NCBI GenBank assembly: GCA_009602725.1
Contig: WELB01000012.1
Location: forward strand, 1,233,224-1,277,704
DNA: 44,481 nucleotides
From: Spirogloea muscicola
Taxonomy: Eukaryota
Direction of reading: 5' to 3'
Below the pieces are notes generated by a model that did no database searches, had not been told where the DNA came from, and saw nothing but the letters and a program-made list of their open reading frames with translations. Position 1 is the first letter of the stretch. Each line of letters starts with the position of its first letter. Position numbers and translations under genes: made by a program. Of this stretch, positions 33,129 through 44,481 are shown piece by piece.

Positions 33129-33420
33129 NNNNNNNNNNNNNNNNNNNNNNNNNNNNNNNNNNNNNNNNNNNNNNNNNNNNNNNNNNNNNNNNNNNNNNNN
33201 NNNNNNNNNNNNNNNNNNNNNNNNNNNNNNNNNNNNNNNNNNNNNNNNNNNNNNNNNNNNNNNNNNNNNNNNNNNNNNNNNNNNNNNNNNNNNNNNNNNN
33301 NNNNNNNNNNNNNNNNNNNNNNNNNNNNNNNNNNNNNNNNNNNNNNNNNNNNNNNNNNNNNNNNNNNNNNNNNNNNNNNNNNNNNNNNNNNNNNNNNNNN
33401 NNNNNNNNNNNNNNNNNNNN
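33129..33420. other. Assembly gap hiding the 5' end of DGD1
   Basis: Run of n. Confidence 0.99.
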
Positions 33421-36156
33421 CCCGCGCTCGGCGCCGTTGCCGGCCCCGACGCCTCGCCCGCGCAGCTCCTCCAGAAGCTCTCCGACAGCGGCAAGCGCGC
33501 GCTCTCGCGCCCCTTCGGCATCGAGGCCAGGCCCGCGCCGCCGCCGCCGCCGGGCTCCCCCGCCGCCGCTGCCGCTGCCGCTGCTGCCGCTGGCGAGGAC
33601 GTCAAGCTCTTCCCGGCGCTGCGCCTCGACGCCGGCGGCCGGCCGCTGCTGCCCAGCGCCGAGCAGCGTGACGCGCACATGTCGCGCGTCATCCAGAGCA
33701 CCGGGTACCGCTACCGCGGCGGCCTCTTCGGCGACCGCCGCCGCCGCCGCCGCCGCCGCACCGCCGCCGGCCCTGAGGAGGAGGAGGAGGAGGAGCGCCG
33801 CCGCGTTGCGATCGTCACCACCGCCAGCCTGCCCTGGATGACGGGCACGGCTGTCAACCCGCTGCTGCGCGCCGCATACCTGGCCAAGGCGGGCAAGCAG
33901 CGCGTCACGCTGCTCGTGCCGTGGCTGTCGGCCAAGGACCAGGCGCTCGTGTACCCCAACAGCCTCACCTTCCAGTCCCCCGCCGAGCAGGAGGTGTACG
34001 TGCGCGACTGGCTGGAGCAGCGCGTCGGCTTCCGCTCCAACTTCGACATCTCCTTCTACCCTGGCCGGGTGCGCGCGCCGCCATCCAGCCGAGGACTGGT
34101 TGCCATCGGCTGTCTCACGTCTGGCTCTGTGGGCATTGTCTCCGTGGTCGCGACACAGAGGAGCCCGCCAAGGAGGCTGACCCCCCTTGTCGGACTCGCC
34201 CCTGTGAGCTCTTCAGTTTTCGACGGAGAAGCGCAGCATCCTGGCAGTCGGCGACATCATGGACTTTGTGCCGGAGACGGAGGCGGATGTCGCGGTGCTG
34301 GAGGAGCCCGAGCACCTGACATGGTACCACCACGGCCAGCGGTGGACCAAGCGCTTCCAGCACGTCGTCGGCGTCGTGCACACCAACTATCTGGAGTATG
34401 TGCGGCGTGAGAAGAATGGAGCCGCGCAGGCCTTCATCCTCGAGCACGTCAACAACTGGCTCGCTCGCTCCTACTGCCACAAGGTCGAGCTGCTCTCCGG
34501 GCCAGCCTCCCGGGATCTCTCTGCGCCGCCAGACAGGCGATGGCCCACCATTTGTAAGAGCTGCTGGTCTTGCCGATCCGCTGACGTATGCTGGTGCCTT
34601 CCACCAGGTCCTGCGCCTGTCGGCGGCGACACAGGAGCTGCCGAGGTCCATGGTGTGCAACGTGCACGGCGTGTGCCCCAAGTTCCTGGACATTGGCGAG
34701 CGCGTGGCGGCAGCCAAGCTGGAGGGCCGCCCTGTCTTCAACCGCGGCGCATACTACCTTGGGAAAATGGTGTGGAGCAAGGGGTACCGGGAGCTGGTGG
34801 ACCTTTTGGCGGAGAACAAAGCCACGTTGGGCTCGCTCAAGGTGTCAACGCGAACCTGAGCCCCTGGAGCCCTTCCTGAGACCGCTGCTCACACACCTAC
34901 TTTCAGTGTGGCGGCAACGTTGTGGCTGCTGCGTCCGGCGTGCCCTGCTGATCTGCGTGGACTCCTGAAATGTGGAGGAGGGTCACCATTGCTGCTCGCA
35001 GGTCGATGTCTTTGGCACTGGGGAGGACTCATGCGAGGTGCAGGCGACAGCACAGGCGCGCAAGCTGCGCATGCGCTTCCACAAAGGGCGCGACCATGCG
35101 GACGCCATGTTGCAGCAGTACAAGGTCTTCATCAACCCCTCACTCAGCGACGTTGTGTGCACCACCACCGCGGAGGCACTCGCCATGGGCAAGCTGGTTG
35201 TGTGCGCAGATCATCCCTCCAACGAGTTCTTCCGCAGCTTCCCCAACTGCTTGATCTACAAGACTGGGCAGGTGGGAGCAGCTGTGGTGCATTGCAGATT
35301 CCTTTGCTCGTCCTCACTGATTGCTTCTTGCTCTTGTGCATCAATGGCCGCATGGGTGGTCACCATCACACACTTCCCCGAGCATTCGGGGACAAGGCCT
35401 TTGTTCGTCGAGGTGGCAGTGTTGAAGACAAAGAGGTGCATGACACGCCTGGGAGGCTAGCTGTGTGAGGTAATCAAGGTGAATGCTTCTGTACTGCAGG
35501 AGTTTGTAGAGAAGGTCCAGGAAGCTGTCGCAAGAGATCCGGTGCCGCTGACTGCGGAGCAGCGCCACCTGTTGTCATGGGAGGCTGCCACCGACAGATT
35601 CATCGAGTCGGCAGACCTTGACAAGCCTCTCCAGAAGGAGATGCCCCGTAGCAAGTGAGCACAAGCATACTCTAAACTGACGCACCGTTCCCTCGTAGCA
35701 CTTCGGCAGCTCGCTGATGCCAGCACGCTCCCTTGCCCAGGCTGCATGGCGCACTACCCTCTGGACTTTGAGGACATCACTTCTACGGGCCTTTGCTGCA
35801 AACCCGTGCCTTGCCTTGCCTGATTGTTGACCCGTTTCATTGTTTTTTGCAGGAGCTTTGCCAACCTCGCCAGCGCAGGTGGCAACATGGCTGCAGCTGC
35901 TGCTGCCAATGCTGAGGCCACGGAGTCTGAGCTGGCTGAGAAGAAGCTAGGCACTTTATCGCTGTCCGTGTCGGCTCCTGACTTGACGGCGCTCGTGGAC
36001 AGCAGCCTTCAGCTGGGCCACTTCATGCTTTCGGGGATCGAGATGGCGCGGATTGCAGGCGGTGCTCTCCCCAACACCATGCACTGCCGGCCAGAGCACA
36101 CCAAGGACATGGGCCTCCCTCCCTCGGCTTTCCAGCAGCCTGTGTACGGCCTGTGA
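33421..36156 (+). CDS. DGD1: Digalactosyldiacylglycerol synthase 1 (GT4 galactosyltransferase), 5' end in gap. Exons: gap-34068, 34217-34483, 34608-34841, 35002-35271, 35500-35654, 35853-36156
   Basis: [122 protein letters not shown]. The N-terminal [12 protein letters not shown] and C-terminal PVYGL are DGD1-like. All five introns are GT-AG and in phase. Confidence 0.95.
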
Positions 36157-37477
36157 AAGCTGATGAGAGAGAGGATTGCGAGATATCGTCGAGCAAGAGT
36201 CTGCTTCTTTGGAGGAGCGGTCGTGACGGGCAAGCAGCATGATACTCAGATGTCTTTGTGCAGAACTTGTGGGCACCTGTATCTTAATGCTCATCATGTG
36301 CAGGCGAAAGATGCCCGACTACTTCAGTTAAGAGTGTGTGCGTGTAGCTCAACTTGCTGGTTGCGAGCCATGGACTGCGTGCCAGCATCGGCTGCTGCAG
36401 CTGAGTTGCCTTGTATATTGCCCATACATTCATTCATTCTATCAAGAATAGCCAGACTTTGCCTGGTGGCAGAGGGCCTCACATTGCCAAGCGACTACGG
36501 GTCTAGGGTGCTCAGGTTCACAGTGCACCTGCAGTGTACTGTCAATCTGCATAGAAGCCCATGCATCGGCGCCCCCATTGCTCCTCTGGCCAAAGATAGA
36601 CCGAGACAGCAGCACTGCTTGGTGTCGCACTCCGATACTTGTAACACTCCATGTTTGCCAAACTCCACATGAAGCCGTCTGTTGAAAGTTTATAGCTTAA
36701 ACACCCATACCCTGCTCCACATGGCTGAGCTACTCCAGACAATGCAGTACAAACTTCTTCAGCATATCAGACACTGATTCAGTGTACCACTTCGAAACAT
36801 GTTGGCCATGCAACAGTGACTCTGATGTCTAGACAATGCCCAGAAGGCAGGGGCTGTCCCTGACGTACAAGGCATACTATTTGAGTGTTCAAGTGCAGGT
36901 TTTGCAAGCCTGACGCTTATAAGCTGCCCTTACGAGCAGAACACCACTTCCCCACTTCCTCTGCTGTCATAGTGCCTTCTCACCAACCCTTTTCACTAGC
37001 CTTTCCGCCAGGCCTTTCCCTCCAGTGAAAAGGCTGACTTGTGCAAGGCCAGCACATGCAGCTGCAACAACTTTATATCAAGAGGACTAGTAGTAAAATT
37101 GCTCAATGAGATCGGTATTGGAACATACTACTCCCATAATTGTATGACTGCAGCCCACATGCACGCAATGCAGAGATAAACTTAGAATGAGAATGGTGGT
37201 GTCCATCAGACGGTCTGTGCCATTTCTCAGCCGTGGGTGGACTACTAGCTATGATGAGAGTACGCGGCATGGGCCGCAGAGCAGGATGCTATAAAAAAAT
37301 GTATCAAATTGTGAAGGGCGCATGCATAAATAAATCATGCAGAGTATGTATAAGCAAGATGTGGGTGACATCTCCCATGCAGACCCAAGGACTGCATAGA
37401 CTGAGCAATCGAAAGGGTAGGCATGAAATATATCACACGCACTGTGGCAGATGCTGCAGCATGTATTGACGGTCGTG

Positions 37478-39836
37478 TCAGAGTATGATAGCCGGCTTGC
37501 AAGCGGACAACTCCAGCCCACTGGGCCCAGGCAGGCCAATGCCAGCGCGCAGCTGCCGCTGAGCAGGCGGCAGCTGTGGGACCACCTGGTGCGGCGTCTC
37601 CCGCAGTGAGCGCTTGGCCACCGGTGGGCGCAACCTGGCAGCGGGTGCAGGCCTCTGGGGGGAGGAGTTGCTCCGGTCTGCCGTTCCTACTTCCTCCTCA
37701 CTGTCAACTGTCTCACTCGCCGCAGTCAAGCCCGCATTGCTGGCCTCCTCCGCTGAGGCCGCTGCAAGTGACCCTGGCCGCTCCTCCTCCAGCTCCCCGC
37801 CGGCACTGACCAGGGCAGCGCAGTCCACATCCATTTCCTCTGCGTCTGCCACCTCCTCACCGTGCTGCCGAGCATCAGTGCAGCTACCTGATGCTGCCGC
37901 CTTCACTTCATTGCCCCCTTGCCGAGGTGCATCAGCAGCACCGGCAGAGGTCTCCAAGGAATGGCCAGTGTGCAATCTGCTGAGAGGCAGGCCGCGTGAA
38001 GTGGCCACCCTCCGCCCTGCACTCGCGCCACTGGTCCTGCTCCCACTCCTGCTTTGGCCCGCACTCCTGCTCCGGCTCACGTCGCTTCCGATGCCGCCGC
38101 CGCCGCCGCCAACCCTCCTGTCACTTGAGCCCGGCGGCTCGGCTCGCGACCCCACTCTGCCAGGTGCAGGCCTTGCTCCGCTCGCAGCAGCACCTCCACT
38201 AGTGGCACCCCCGGCGCCGCCGCCACCGCTCCGCCTCCCTCCACCACCTCCACCTCGCCGCTGGCAGTGGCCCTGGCGAGGGGACGGCGCCTTGAGGGTC
38301 CCCGCGCTCTGCGCGTCCTCGTCGGACGAGCTCGTTGCAGCACCCTGTGCTGCAGCCGTTGCGGCGGCTGCCACCTGCCGGTCGCGTTCCTCGGCTGTCA
38401 CTAGGCGCAGCTCCATTGTGGCGCTGTCGCGAAGCAGCACAAGCGGCGGCGGCTTCTTGAATGGTGGCCGCGGCGCTGCTGCTGCAGCAGTTGCAATGCC
38501 GGGCAGACTGCCAAAGGAGCAGCGCGAGCCGCCCTGGTGCCACCATGGTGCAAGGTCCGGGGCCCCTGTTGACAGCTTTACGGCAGCAGGGAAGCTGCTG
38601 TAGTCGGAGACCACGGCTGGCGAGCCCCGCATGCCAAGCCAGCTCTGCTGGCCCACGGCTGCCGGCCATGGCCCGTGGTACACCGTGAACGGCTGCGGCG
38701 CGGGGAGGGCGTACGGCACTGGCGGCGCCACATGCTGGAGCCACACGCCGCCACTGGAGTCCACCATGGCCGGCACCATGGGGCTCGTTGCTGTTGCCGC
38801 TGTCGTAGTGAGCTGGGGCGTGAAGCAGGCGGCGTCGGCATACTCCCCGCTCCGGAGAGGCTGCGCTGCAGGTGAGCGGCACAAATGCTCATCTGGTGGA
38901 CGCAGTGACGGGCTTGCCGGTGCGGCCAGACCTCTGCCCCTGCCGCCCCACCAGACGCCATTGGCGCCCACGCCCGACGCGTGACCGAGCCGCCTGGGCG
39001 GCGAGGCTGCTGCAAGCCAGCCGCCCGCTGCGGGAACTGGGGCCGCAGTCATCCACTGCGCCGCCACAGCCTGAGAGCCGCCTTGCCAGCAGCCGTTGCC
39101 CAGCTGCGGCCAGGCTTGGTGCTGCGTCGTCTGCTCGGCATGGCTGCCACGCTGTGGTGCAGCAGCGCCGCTGGCAGAGCCACCACCGCCCACGTCATCC
39201 AGCGTCACCTGTGGCACCAGCTGCTCCTGCCGGTCTGCAGGCGTCGCCGCCGCACGGTGCAAGCCGTCGTCTTCGCCCTGCACTCCAAGCGCGCGCATGT
39301 CAGCCGACCGTGCACCCGGAGTCTAGAGCGGCATGAGCGCTGAGCGGGGATCCGGGCCGTGAGCTTGCCTGCACGGCAGGAGTGCCCAAAGAGCTGGCAG
39401 CCGGCGTGGCAGCTGCTGCAGAGTGTGCCGCACCCTCGTGGGTGACCAGAGAGCTGCCGGTGCCGGGGCTCCACAGGGAGAGGCTGCCGCCGGCAGAGCG
39501 GAGCGCATCAGCGGGCGCGGCCCCCGTCGCCAGGCTTGGCACCACGCGGGGGCCCTCCGCCGCCGCCGCCGCCGCCGCCGCAGTGGACACCCCGCCGGGC
39601 TGCTGCTGCCGCCGGGCGCCCTTGGCTGTGCGCTCGTCTGCTGCGCTCCTCGCCCACCCGTCCCGCTTGCCCGGCCTGGCGCCGCTGCGCTCGCTTACAG
39701 GCTCCTCGGCGCCGAGCGCCAGGGAGAGGTCGTTGCCCGGACTCGGCGCCACGCAGCTGCCCGCGTCGCTCTCGTCGCCGCGGGCGCCGCCGCGCGCCTG
39801 CGCCGGCGGTGGCGGCTGCGGGCTGAGAGCGCGCCG
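37478..39836 (-). CDS. Uncharacterised low-complexity (A/G/S/P-rich) protein, 5' end in gap; exons gap-39369 and 39277-37478
   Basis: Two long ORFs joined in phase 0 by a 91-nt GC-AG intron (CAG|GCAAGC...GCTGAC...TGCAG|GGC). One globular-looking stretch, PFKKPPPLVLLRDSATMELRLVTAEERDRQ. Confidence 0.65.
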
Positions 39837-40301
39837 NNNNNNNNNNNNNNNNNNNNNNNNNNNNNNNNNNNNNNNNNNNNNNNNNNNNNNNNNNNNNNNN
39901 NNNNNNNNNNNNNNNNNNNNNNNNNNNNNNNNNNNNNNNNNNNNNNNNNNNNNNNNNNNNNNNNNNNNNNNNNNNNNNNNNNNNNNNNNNNNNNNNNNNN
40001 NNNNNNNNNNNNNNNNNNNNNNNNNNNNNNNNNNNNNNNNNNNNNNNNNNNNNNNNNNNNNNNNNNNNNNNNNNNNNNNNNNNNNNNNNNNNNNNNNNNN
40101 NNNNNNNNNNNNNNNNNNNNNNNNNNNNNNNNNNNNNNNNNNNNNNNNNNNNNNNNNNNNNNNNNNNNNNNNNNNNNNNNNNNNNNNNNNNNNNNNNNNN
40201 NNNNNNNNNNNNNNNNNNNNNNNNNNNNNNNNNNNNNNNNNNNNNNNNNNNNNNNNNNNNNNNNNNNNNNNNNNNNNNNNNNNNNNNNNNNNNNNNNNNN
40301 N
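39837..40301. other. Assembly gap at the 5' end of the uncharacterised gene
   Basis: Run of n. Confidence 0.99.
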
Positions 40302-40463
40302 GGCGGCGGCTCGGCTGCCGCTGCTAGAGCTCCCGGAGGAGCGGGGGATATTTGCGGGGCGCGCGGCGTGGCCGGCTGGGGGCCGGCCGCGTGGCCCCGG
40401 CCCGCGCGCTGACTCGGGATGCGATCCGATGTGGACTCCCCTCCGCCCCCGCCAGGCCGCGCG

Positions 40464-40499
40464 GTGACGGCTGACGCGCCGCCGTGACGGCTGACGCGC
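40464..40499. promoter_or_regulatory. 16-bp direct repeat containing four TGACG motifs
   Basis: gtgacggctgacgcgc at 40464-40479 and 40484-40499, upstream of the minus-strand gene. Confidence 0.4.
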
Positions 40500-42374
40500 A
40501 GCCCGCCCGGCGTCACCCCCCTGCGCGTGCTGGCCTGGCAGACTCTCTTCCACTCGGCCGAACAAGCATGCTGTGGCTCTCCCAATGGGGGCAAGGGGCT
40601 GTGAGAAGCCAGCCCGACACGAGTTGACAAGGTTCCGAGGGGCCAAACTACGAAGGGCCAGAAGTGCACTCAAAAGTGGGGTAGGATGCATCTCTCCACT
40701 GGAGAAGTCCTCATCTTTGCCCCTAGCCAGGAAGAAAGACGCTTCCATAAGAGGGCGGTGGCTGGGAGAGGCCAGCCCCGGGGAAACAATGAACAAAGGT
40801 CAAAGGGGCCAAGAGAAAGCGCTAAAGCTAGCACGCATGCTTTCAAGCAGTACGAAACACTCGGTAACCCCTGCTAAGCCAGCAGGCTCGCTCGCGCAGG
40901 TGTATCGCATGCGCCTGTCCGTCTCGCTTGCAGAGGTCCATGGCACGCGCGCCGCATCTGCGTGCCGGTCGTGCCTTAGCTGCAGCCTCTGGCCCTGGCC
41001 AGGGGACCCGCTACCCAGGAAGACCAGTTGCTCCGACCCGCGGCTGCTCAACCCTACACCTCTCACAGCCACCGCCCTTTACTGGAAGCGTCCTTCTCTT
41101 CTCTAGTGAAGTTATCGAACTTGTGATCGGCCAGCACAGAAAGAAGAATGAACAGATGTCGAAGGGGCCAGGGAAGCGCTAAAGCACACAGGAAATCAAG
41201 TAGCTACAGAGCACTCAGTAAGCCCAGTTGAGCAGCCCGCAGGTCAGAGAAACTAGTCTCCGGGCAGCGGTCCCCTGTCAATAGCCAGAGGCTGCAGTCA
41301 AAGCTCGACCGATACTCGGATGCAATGCGTAAACCATTGGAAAGTGCCCGGTACAGACAGGCGCATGCGATACACCTGGGCAAGAGAGCCTGTCGATTTC
41401 GGAATCGGCCTGCTCCCCTTGGTGACTTCTGGACACCGCGCTGCGCGCTAGCCGGTGCAGAAGCTCGAGCCACCGAGTGGTGAACGCCCCGTGGGCGTCA
41501 ATGGCAATTGTCGTCATCCCTCGGATGGTCAGCATACTTCGCTTCCTTCCTTCTGGCGGCACTGGCCACCGCATGCCCTGCCTTGAGAGGCAGAGAGAGT
41601 GGGGTGGGCACTGTCGAACTCGTCGGTGGTCACCACGTCCGCGAGAAAGCGCTGTCCACCAGCCAGTGGAATGGCCAGTAGGTCGACTCACCGGGCGTGG
41701 AGGCTGTCGCCCTTCTGCTGGAGCGGAATAGCCGATGAGCTCTCGGCGGCCACCGTGAAACCCGCCTCCACAAAGATGCCGTGCATGACGTGTAAATGGC
41801 CAGCCCAGAAAGAATGATCAAGGTCCAAAGAAGTGGCTCTCCCAAAGGGGGTAAGGGCTGTCAACAACCAGCCCGCAAACAATTGACAAGGTCCGAAGGG
41901 GCCAAAAGCGCTGTCTCAGACCTTGCCCGGTAGGATGTATCATTCAGTAACCACGAGTGATGAGCCGCACATCCAAAAGACTAGCAGCCTGAGAGCAATC
42001 CCCCTGACGAGACCCAGAGGCTGCAGCTAGAGCACGGCCAGCACGCAGGTGCAAGGCGTGGGCCATGGACCGCTGGAGGGAGATGAGAGGCGCGTACGAG
42101 AGTCCTGAGCTAGCCAGCCAGCGGCGTTGCAGCCAGCCTGCAGGTCCAAAAGGGCCGAGAGGCGCAACAATAACAGCTCTCCTCACACAGCTGAGCAAAA
42201 GACCACAGCGAATGGCAGCTTCAGTGACCCCGAGCCAGCAGTTCCAAGCGCTTGCTTTGCACTGCCGAGCTGGTCGCGCCCTTCCTGCAGCCTCTGGCTT
42301 GCGCAGCGGGGGGGCTCTTGCAATTTGCTGTCAATTTGGAAGAGCTGTTTTCTTCCTCCCCTCGACTCATCGAA

Positions 42375-43055
42375 TGAAGGGCTCGCCCATTGAGGATAGG
42401 GGCTGGTAAAAGCCAGCCAAAATAAGAAAGAACAAAGGACGAGAAGGGGCCAGGAAAAGTACGAAAAATAACAAGCACAAAATAGAAACGAAGCTGCTAC
42501 GAAGCACTCGGTAACCCCTGCTAAGCAGCCTCAGGTCAGAGAGACTGGGTTCCTGGAAGCGGGTCCCTGGCCAGAGCCAGAGGCAGCAGCGAGGGCTCTA
42601 CCTGCATGCAGGTGCAGCGCGCGGGCCATAGACCTCTGCAGCGAGACGGCCAAGCGCATGCGGTACACCTGCGCTAGCGACCCTGCTGCATGGGAGTCCA
42701 CCGGCTCCCCATGGAAGCGGCGGACAATGACGTGGCGTGAGAGCTGGTTGAGCAGCTCGAGCCACCGAGCGCCCAGCGCCCCGTGCGTATCAATGGCGAG
42801 CGGGAAGAACTCGTCTTCCCGCGGGTGATCTGCGAATTTTAGCTCCTTGGCCCGAGCGGCGCAGGCTACCGCATACCCAGCCTTGGTGTATGAGTCAATG
42901 GTCACCACATCCAGGAGAAGACGTGGCCCGTCGGCTGGTGGGGTGGCCACAATGTCGACGCGACGAGCTTGGAGACCGTCGGCCCGTTGCTGGAGAAGCA
43001 TGACGGCGGAGTTCTCGGCTGCCACCAAGAAGCCAGCCTCCACAAGGATGCTCAT
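42375..43055 (-). mobile_element. CRE-type element, subfamily B, endonuclease region and 3' UTR
   Basis: EAGFLVAAE...RRVDIVATP..RLLLDVVTID..AKELKFADHPREDEFFPLAIDTHGALG...SLQRSMA. Confidence 0.9.
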
Positions 43056-43432
43056 CTGACTTCCCATGGCTGCTGCCGGGGTACGGCAACGGCAATGGCT
43101 GGGAGAGAAGTGCGAGAGGCCAGCCCAAAGGAGTGTACGAAGGAGACGTAGACGTAGAAGCGCCGTGTCTGCCCGGCCTGTGGCTGGATCTCATTCAGCG
43201 GCTTGCCCGCCAGGCCATTGACCGGCGGCCGGGTCTGCCAGGGGCGATGCCCGGCTTCAACGCCGCCGGTTCGCTCGCACAAGTCTTCCGCATGCGCCTG
43301 GCAGTATCGCTTCAACGCTCCCTTGCCCACGTGCTGACCAGCGTGCCCAGGCACGCTTCTCGGCGCTGGTTGAACAAGCGGCCTCCGACCAGGTGGTGGA
43401 GCTTCTCCCCCCTTTTCCCTTCAAGAGGGGCG

Positions 43433-44481
43433 ATGCCAACACCACCACCAGGGCCTACGGCAGAACACTGGCGGTGGGCGGAGAGCGTGGACGTCTCCGA
43501 GATCCTGCGGACGACCAACGCGCAGCTCCTACGACACATCCCGTATTGGGCCCGGCCCCACATACGGCGAGCCCTTCGGCCCCTCCTGACACGTCTGGCT
43601 CGTGACAGCGAGGATGAGGCTGCATGGGCTGTGTTTGTGTTGTTTCCGCGACTCTTGCTTGGTCGCCTACCGCAGGGGAAGGCAGGTCGCAAGGAGCTGC
43701 TGCTGCGCCTTCACCTGTTTGAAGGTGGGGAGTGGCAGCTGCTACTTGCAAAGCACCAAGCGGCTGCGCAACTCGCGCAAGCCAACTTTCGGCCCACCAC
43801 GTCGGAATCCGATATTAAGGAGGCGGGCAAGCGACGTGCCATCCGATTTGGACGAGCCGGCGACCTTGCCAGGGCTGCCCAAGCCTTGGAGCCCTCCACA
43901 CCAGCACCGCATGATGCGGCAACCTTGGCCGCACTCGAGCAGCTCCATCCTTCGGCCCCGCGAAGATTAGATACATGGATGGAGAGCTCCACGCCTGCTC
44001 AATCGGTGGACCTGGACCCGGCTGCCTTCCGTCGGGCGATTGTGAGTAGCCGCAAGGCAGTCGCCGGGGGTCCATTGGGCATGCTCTTTGAGCACTTGCG
44101 GGAGCTGTATGGCGAGGACGACTTGGAAAAGGATTTCAATCTGCTGCTTAGGGTTGCACAACATGTTGCACGTGGACACCTCAACCAACGAGTAGGCGCA
44201 GTCCTCTGCACAAGCAATCTCATTGCTTTGCAGAAGGACAGCGGGGGAGTGCGTCCTATCTCGATGGGGGAGGTTCTGTCGCGCCTCGTGGGGCGCACCC
44301 TAGTCATGCAGATTCAGGACGATGCCCAGGCGCACTTCCATCCCCACCAGTTTGGGGCTGGGATGCGTGCTGGCGCTGAGACCCTGGTGCACGGGGTACG
44401 AGCGGCACTGGATGTCAACCCCCATTGGCTGGCCTTGAGCGTGGACGTACAGAATGCCTTCAACTCTGTGGATCGGCAGGT
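43433..44481 (+). CDS. Reverse transcriptase of a CRE-type non-LTR retrotransposon (N-terminal part, runs off the window; start codon uncertain)
   Basis: Absent from the ORF track, presumably because it has no stop in the window. Translated by hand: AWAVFVLFPRLLL...GDLARAAQAL...TLAALEQLHP...AGGPLGMLFEHL...NLIALQKDSGGVRPISMGEVLSRLVGR...HQFGAGMRAGAETLVHGVR...SVDVQNAFNSVDR, matching RT domains 0-3. Confidence 0.92.
   Translation, partial: MPTPPPGPTAEHWRWAESVDVSEILRTTNAQLLRHIPYWARPHIRRALRPLLTRLARDSEDEAAWAVFVLFPRLLLGRLPQGKAGRKELLLRLHLFEGGEWQLLLAKHQAAAQLAQANFRPTTSESDIKEAGKRRAIRFGRAGDLARAAQALEPSTPAPHDAATLAALEQLHPSAPRRLDTWMESSTPAQSVDLDPAAFRRAIVSSRKAVAGGPLGMLFEHLRELYGEDDLEKDFNLLLRVAQHVARGHLNQRVGAVLCTSNLIALQKDSGGVRPISMGEVLSRLVGRTLVMQIQDDAQAHFHPHQFGAGMRAGAETLVHGVRAALDVNPHWLALSVDVQNAFNSVDRQ

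Larger units (their letters stand above)
40570..44481. mobile_element. Cluster 3 of CRE-type retrotransposon fragments
   Basis: A, B and E tails on the minus strand, endonuclease fragments at about 40880-41050 (+), 41100-41790 (-), 41826-42125 (-) and 42375-43055 (-), and the RT at the right end. Confidence 0.9.

Noticed and set aside
36163..37477. ORFs between DGD1 and the unidentified gene
   Set aside because: No recognisable motifs; the position fits 3' UTRs and spacer of two convergent genes
37614..38603. 329-aa plus-strand ORF, and similar ORFs at 39382-40467 and 32655-33701
   Set aside because: Antisense shadows of GC-rich coding sequence, or frames held open artificially by N gaps

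Overview
Eukaryotic, GC-rich genomic DNA, most likely from a streptophyte green alga (inferred from spliceosomal introns, a plant-type DGD1, plant-type NIPA and MINDY genes and a CCCTAAA tract). There are four host genes: a NIPA/ZC3HC1-like zf-C3HC gene (+, 11882-18026), a MINDY-family deubiquitinase-like gene (-, about 18950-25613) whose catalytic His is replaced by Gln, digalactosyldiacylglycerol synthase DGD1 (+, 33421-36156) and an unidentified low-complexity gene with a GC-AG intron (-, 37478-39836). The space on the 5' side of these genes (about 100-11833, 26195-33010 and 40570-44481) is filled with dozens of 5'-truncated copies of several diverged subfamilies of a CRE-type non-LTR retrotransposon (RT, zinc knuckle, restriction-like endonuclease). 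These subfamilies share a structured 3' end (hairpin, U-tract, hairpin, hairpin) and end in CTT/TTC rather than poly(A). They insert into each other with 5-17 bp target duplications, and some insertions are only 22-53 nt long. A stop-free RT frame runs off the right end of the window. Three assembly gaps hide the 5' ends of three genes. Subfamily letters A-H are my own labels, and element boundaries were set by eye.
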